Source of the DNA: Patescibacteria group bacterium
GTDB lineage: Bacteria > Patescibacteriota > Minisyncoccia > Phycocordibacterales > UBA9973
Assembly (NCBI GenBank): GCA_038063535.1
Contig: JBBTUV010000002.1
Coordinates: 4,723-68,722, forward strand
DNA length: 64,000 nucleotides
Direction: 5' to 3'
Below, piece after piece: positions 60,477 to 64,000 of the stretch. Position numbers and translations under genes: made by a program. How positions within the stretch are numbered: position 1 is the stretch's first letter; every line of letters starts with the position of its first letter. The notes under the pieces are model-generated. The model was not told where the DNA came from. It did not search any database and saw nothing but the letters and a program-made list of their open reading frames with translations.

Positions 60477-62189
60477 TTAAAAATTAAATATTGTTTTGTA
60501 AGTTTCTAATATCTTTTCTGGTATTGCTTCAATGGTAAATTTAATACCCAAATCCCCAAACTCTTCTTTGGAAAAGTCTTTTGCATACGAAAAAACATAA
60601 ACAGATACTGGTTTATCCTTCAATTTCTTTAATTGTTCAATAAAATCTTCAAAATAGAAAAGGTCAAAAAGTATAGCTGTATATCTGTTTTGACTTTGAA
60701 AAACCTTAATCCTGTTTTTCTTATAGCTATCTCCAACTAAATTAAAAGAGCCTTCTTTGAGGCAAAGAATTTCTGTTGATCCATCAACTATCTTATGCTT
60801 CAAATAATCAATAGATTTTTCCAGCTTAACAAAGTCAGTTTTAAGATATTTTAAATTACCCCCCAATCCTTTAATCTTCTTATTTTCTAAGTTTTTATAT
60901 CCCATTGAAACTTTTTTAATTCTCTCATAGGTAATATTTTCACAGAGCTTGTTTTCATTGTTTGTGCAAAGAATAAATTTACGATTGCCATTATCTTCTT
61001 TGTTTAAGCTTAAAACAGATTGACCGGTTGTCCCTGAGCCAGCAAAAAAATCTAAAATCGTTGATTCTGTATTAGTGGCAAGTTGAATAAGTGTCCTTAT
61101 CAAAATTGATGGTTTAGGATTATCAAAAATATCCTCTTCATCATTACCTATATTAAAAATATCTCGTAGTTCCTTTTTTCCTTCTGTGGTTGTTCCTTTG
61201 TTAAGAAAAACAGAATACGGGGTTATATTTCTTTCCTCGTTTATGAATATTTTTATTGACGGAACGGCATCACCCTTTTTGCCCCAATAAATTCTATTAT
61301 CTTTGTCCAATTCTAAAAACTCTTCTTGAGAGACATTAAATTGTCTTTTGAATTTTTTACCTGACGGTGATTTAACTGTATAATAATTTTCGTGATTTAT
61401 ATCTGACGCACCTTCTTTATTTGATATACTACCTGCTTTGTATGGACCTCTTTTATCATTATCAGGATTGCCATATTCATTTTGAAAATTTGGCATTTCC
61501 CTTATTTTATTTAAAACTTGACTCCTTTTAAAAACTACAAGGATATATTCGTGGTCTTTTCTAAAGCTTGTTGTGTTTTTCATTTTCCCATCCCGCCCAT
61601 CACCACTTTTTCTCCAAACAATCACATCCGATTGATTTTGACCAAAGATCTCTTCAATAAGGATTTTCAAACCAGCAAACTCATTGTCGTCTATTGAAAT
61701 AAACATTACTCCGTTTTTTGAAAGAAGGCTTTTCGCCAACTTCAATCTTTTTGACATAAAGGATAACCATTTACTATGTCTATATCTATCTTCTTTATCA
61801 ACATAATGGTCATTGTATGTAAAATCTTTACTACCGGTGTTGTATGGCGGATCAATATAAATAGCATCAACTTTATTTTTATGGGTATATGAAAGCACCG
61901 AAAGAGAATGATAGTTATCCCCCTCAATTAAAATATTAAAATCCTCATTTTTATCGGTAATAATATCAGGATAGTTATTTCCTTTTTCTCGTAAAATCGG
62001 CAAGGCATCTTTACTATCTTTATCAAATTTTTCAATTTTATTCTCCCAAACAAGCCCGTATCTTTTACGGTCTTTTAGTTTTTTTATTTTAAGCTCAAGA
62101 TTTGAAATGCGATCAAGAAGCTCTTTTTCTTTCGTATCAGTTTCCTTTGTCATAGGCACCCCTGAGGTGCCTAAAAACAAAATAGGCAT
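60477..62189 (-). CDS. mod: Type III R-M Mod subunit, N6-adenine DNA methyltransferase (beta class)
   Basis: Motif IV IYIDPPYNTG precedes motif I ILDFFAGSGTTGQS, the beta-class order. N-terminal coiled coil. About 570 aa. Confidence 0.8.
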   Translation of the reverse strand: MPILFLGTSGVPMTKETDTKEKELLDRISNLELKIKKLKDRKRYGLVWENKIEKFDKDSKDALPILREKGNNYPDIITDKNEDFNILIEGDNYHSLSVLSYTHKNKVDAIYIDPPYNTGSKDFTYNDHYVDKEDRYRHSKWLSFMSKRLKLAKSLLSKNGVMFISIDDNEFAGLKILIEEIFGQNQSDVIVWRKSGDGRDGKMKNTTSFRKDHEYILVVFKRSQVLNKIREMPNFQNEYGNPDNDKRGPYKAGSISNKEGASDINHENYYTVKSPSGKKFKRQFNVSQEEFLELDKDNRIYWGKKGDAVPSIKIFINEERNITPYSVFLNKGTTTEGKKELRDIFNIGNDEEDIFDNPKPSILIRTLIQLATNTESTILDFFAGSGTTGQSVLSLNKEDNGNRKFILCTNNENKLCENITYERIKKVSMGYKNLENKKIKGLGGNLKYLKTDFVKLEKSIDYLKHKIVDGSTEILCLKEGSFNLVGDSYKKNRIKVFQSQNRYTAILFDLFYFEDFIEQLKKLKDKPVSVYVFSYAKDFSKEEFGDLGIKFTIEAIPEKILETYKTIFNF

Positions 62190-62194
62190 CTCAA

Positions 62195-62330
62195 CATAAG
62201 ATGCCGACAGAACAACAGCTTACGCCATCAATTCTGCTATCTTAGAGGTTAAGATGCCCATTCTGGGCAGAATTGACGGCAAAAAGCTGATTTTCCTTTT
62301 ATATAAACTATTATCCTGTCGGCAATTCAA
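62195..62330. promoter_or_regulatory. Nested inverted-repeat structure (A-B-B'-A') in the divergent region upstream of mod-res
   Basis: A gatgccgacag (62197) pairs with ctgtcggcaa (about 62316). B gccatcaattctgc pairs with gcagaattgacggc (13/14). Read directly from the sequence. Confidence 0.45.
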
Positions 62331-62379
62331 ATATAACAAATTTTGACAAAGTATGCCAATGTAAAGTAAAGTTAAGTAT

Positions 62380-63180
62380 ATGAGCAAAAAGGCAAAGGAT
62401 GATTTTGGTCCGATTGATCCAAAATTTGACCCTGAAAAATACTATGACGAAAATATTAAGCCTTATATGGAAAGCAAGGGCGTGGCAAAAATGTGGAATT
62501 ACTTTATGGAAATTACAAAGACCGATTATTTCCAAAATTTTATAAAAGAAATTAGAGCGAAATATGGTATACCTGAAAACGGCTTTAAAATGCACGATGA
62601 AAAAATCGGAATTCCGGCTGAAACAATTGTGCTTCCAAGAGAGAAAAATGACGAACTGAGAGAAGAAATAATAGAAAAAATTTGTAAAAAATATCAATTA
62701 CATTACTTTGATTTTTATGATGTTATAGAATTTTATATTTATTATAATATACTAAGACCCCTAAATGATGTCGGAGCGATGGGACTATTCAGGGTTTCAG
62801 ATGTTATAGATGAAAAAGAAGAGCCATTTGGAAAGCTTTTTCAAGATAGTGATGATATGGCATACCCTATTGCCATTCGTATAAGTCCATATGCCAGCCA
62901 AAGAGACCTTATTGATTTTATTGAAAATAAAGTAGTTTGGAAAAACAGTATTAAATTTTTACAGAATAAATACAGGAAAGATAATATAAAGATTGGTAAG
63001 ATAAAAAATAAAAAGCAGTCAGTTCAAGAAAGAAATGATTTTATATGGCAAAACCGGCATTTACCCCGCAAGCAAATAATGAGCTTAATAACTGATAAAT
63101 TCGGCTATGATCGGACTGTAGATTATGGCTATATTGGCAAGATAATTTCACTAGAAAAGAGAAAGAGAAAAGAACTGTAG
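62380..63180 (+). CDS. Hypothetical 266-aa protein in the defence island
   Basis: Clean ORF, Lys/Glu/Asp-rich, no recognised motif. Antisense ORF 62311..62697 rejected. Confidence 0.45.
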   Translation: MSKKAKDDFGPIDPKFDPEKYYDENIKPYMESKGVAKMWNYFMEITKTDYFQNFIKEIRAKYGIPENGFKMHDEKIGIPAETIVLPREKNDELREEIIEKICKKYQLHYFDFYDVIEFYIYYNILRPLNDVGAMGLFRVSDVIDEKEEPFGKLFQDSDDMAYPIAIRISPYASQRDLIDFIENKVVWKNSIKFLQNKYRKDNIKIGKIKNKKQSVQERNDFIWQNRHLPRKQIMSLITDKFGYDRTVDYGYIGKIISLEKRKRKEL

Positions 63181-63406
63181 GGCAGATTTTTTCTGCCCAG
63201 CAGTAAAATCTTATACTTCACTTGGCATAAAGAATATCCTGAAGACATCCTTCGGGATTTTTTATGTCAGAAGAAGCGAAAAAAAACACAAAAGAGCAGG
63301 AAAAATTTGAATCGGGGCAAAATCTGCTCGGCTTGTTTGCCATTCTTTTGGCGGTTGATAAGAGGATCAATCCACAAAATTATGAATTTCTTAACCAGCA
63401 AAAAGA

Positions 63407-64000
63407 AAATGATTGATACTGTCAAAATAAGAATACCGAGAGAAAAAATGAGAACTTTAGCCGGTGATCGCTTCGTAGGATGGGAGCTTGTAGGGCAAGA
63501 TGCCCGTAAATATAAAAGGTTAGCCAAAAACCCAACAGAAAGCCAGAAGAAAGAGGCATACTTCCCAAAACTATGGACCTATGCAAGATGGTTAGATGAA
63601 AAATATCAGTCGGTATATATAATCATTGAATTTTCTGTCCCGAAACTTCTTTTTCAAAATAGCTTGTATGAGGTTATAGAAAATGATTTCCGAGCAGTTA
63701 TTTTAGCTCTTAAAGAAAGATTGCAAGAAATGGGTGAAATTGTGTCTATTGAAACACTTGAAAATGCGGAAGTTATGTCGCTTCACGCCTCAAAAAACAT
63801 TATTTTAAAAGAATACATAGCCATCTCTATATTGAAAGAATTGAGGAAAATAAATATAAGCAAGAAGTTTCATTTAAGCGAGGAGCAGTTCAAAAATGGC
63901 GGACACATTTTGCATATATATACCGATGTTCATTCTATCGCTTTTTATGACAAGCTCTTTGAGCTGGATCAAGGTCCGACTAAGGCATTTGATAAGGACC
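63407..64000 (+). CDS. Hypothetical protein, N-terminal 198 aa (continues past the window end)
   Basis: Manual translation from ATG 63407: MIDTVKIRIPREKMRTLAGDRFVGWELVGQDARKYKRLAKNPTESQKKEAYFPKLWTYARWLDEKYQSVYIIIEFSVPKLLFQNSLYEVIENDF..., open to the end of the window. Absent from the ORF track because it is unterminated. No family recognised. Confidence 0.4.

Larger units (their letters stand above)
56284..64000. mobile_element. AT-rich genomic island starting at the 3' end of tRNA-Ile, carrying tRNA-Arg, a Panacea TA pair, type III R-M and unknown genes (extends beyond the window end)
   Basis: Abrupt drop in GC content by eye at 56284. Change in codon style (Lys/Ile/Asn-rich proteins). Cargo is dominated by defence functions. 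tRNA genes, tRNA-Arg(UCU) in particular, are classical island integration sites. No integrase is seen inside the window. Confidence 0.5.

Noticed and set aside
62311-62697. Minus-strand 128-aa ORF
   Set aside because: Phe/Ile/Asn-rich antisense product of the AT-rich gene 62380..63180.
63267-63527. Minus-strand 86-aa ORF
   Set aside because: Overlaps two better plus-strand frames, including the long open frame from 63407. Composition typical of antisense AT-rich DNA.
1-64000. CRISPR arrays, rRNA genes, integrase or transposase genes
   Set aside because: No regularly spaced short direct repeats, no rRNA-like conserved blocks, and no DDE or tyrosine-recombinase motifs were seen anywhere in the window.

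Overview
This 64-kb window reads as a gene-dense bacterial chromosome with a Patescibacteria/CPR-like flavour; that taxonomic placement is inference, not a computed result. Pointing that way are a split transketolase, a short YchF, a short DnaE, giant Thr/Gly-rich surface proteins, widespread apparently leaderless promoters and few Shine-Dalgarno sites. By eye the GC content is moderate up to about position 56280 and markedly AT-rich beyond it.

Housekeeping content: murJ (partial), leuS, ychF, a pentose-phosphate/glycolysis block (split tkt, rpe, rpiB, gap, a PfkB-family kinase, an IMPase-family protein), dapF, dnaE, pth, lepB, hisS, def, fmt, hpf, a glycogen block (glgP, GH57, glgA, cupin-type PGI), a PP2C phosphatase, mltG, a thioredoxin plus CcdA pair, and two convergent tRNAs (Ile-GAU and Arg-UCU).

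Non-routine content:
1. leuS carries two in-frame foreign domain insertions. One is a DUF559 (Vsr-like endonuclease fold) module bounded by ~32-bp GC-rich terminal inverted repeats. The other is a NUDIX domain. Related core-less palindromic elements sit in-frame in def and in an Hsp20 fusion gene, an RPE-like family.
2. A ~12-kb minus-strand surface-protein cluster encodes two cohesin-like proteins, a dockerin protein, two paralogous T/G/S-rich proteins sharing a C-terminal TFIATGTF motif, a GIY-YIG nuclease and a 1.7-kaa FN3-like giant protein. This is a candidate cell-surface assembly or attachment system.
3. A ~1-kb GC-rich, hairpin-dense non-coding island (48.09-49.08 kb) has its own promoter and is a candidate large structured RNA.
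4. The AT-rich island downstream of the tRNA pair carries a type III R-M system (mod-res), a Panacea-domain (DUF4065) antitoxin with an uncharacterised partner, and several unknown genes. It is a candidate defence island and integrated element.

No CRISPR array or rRNA was seen.
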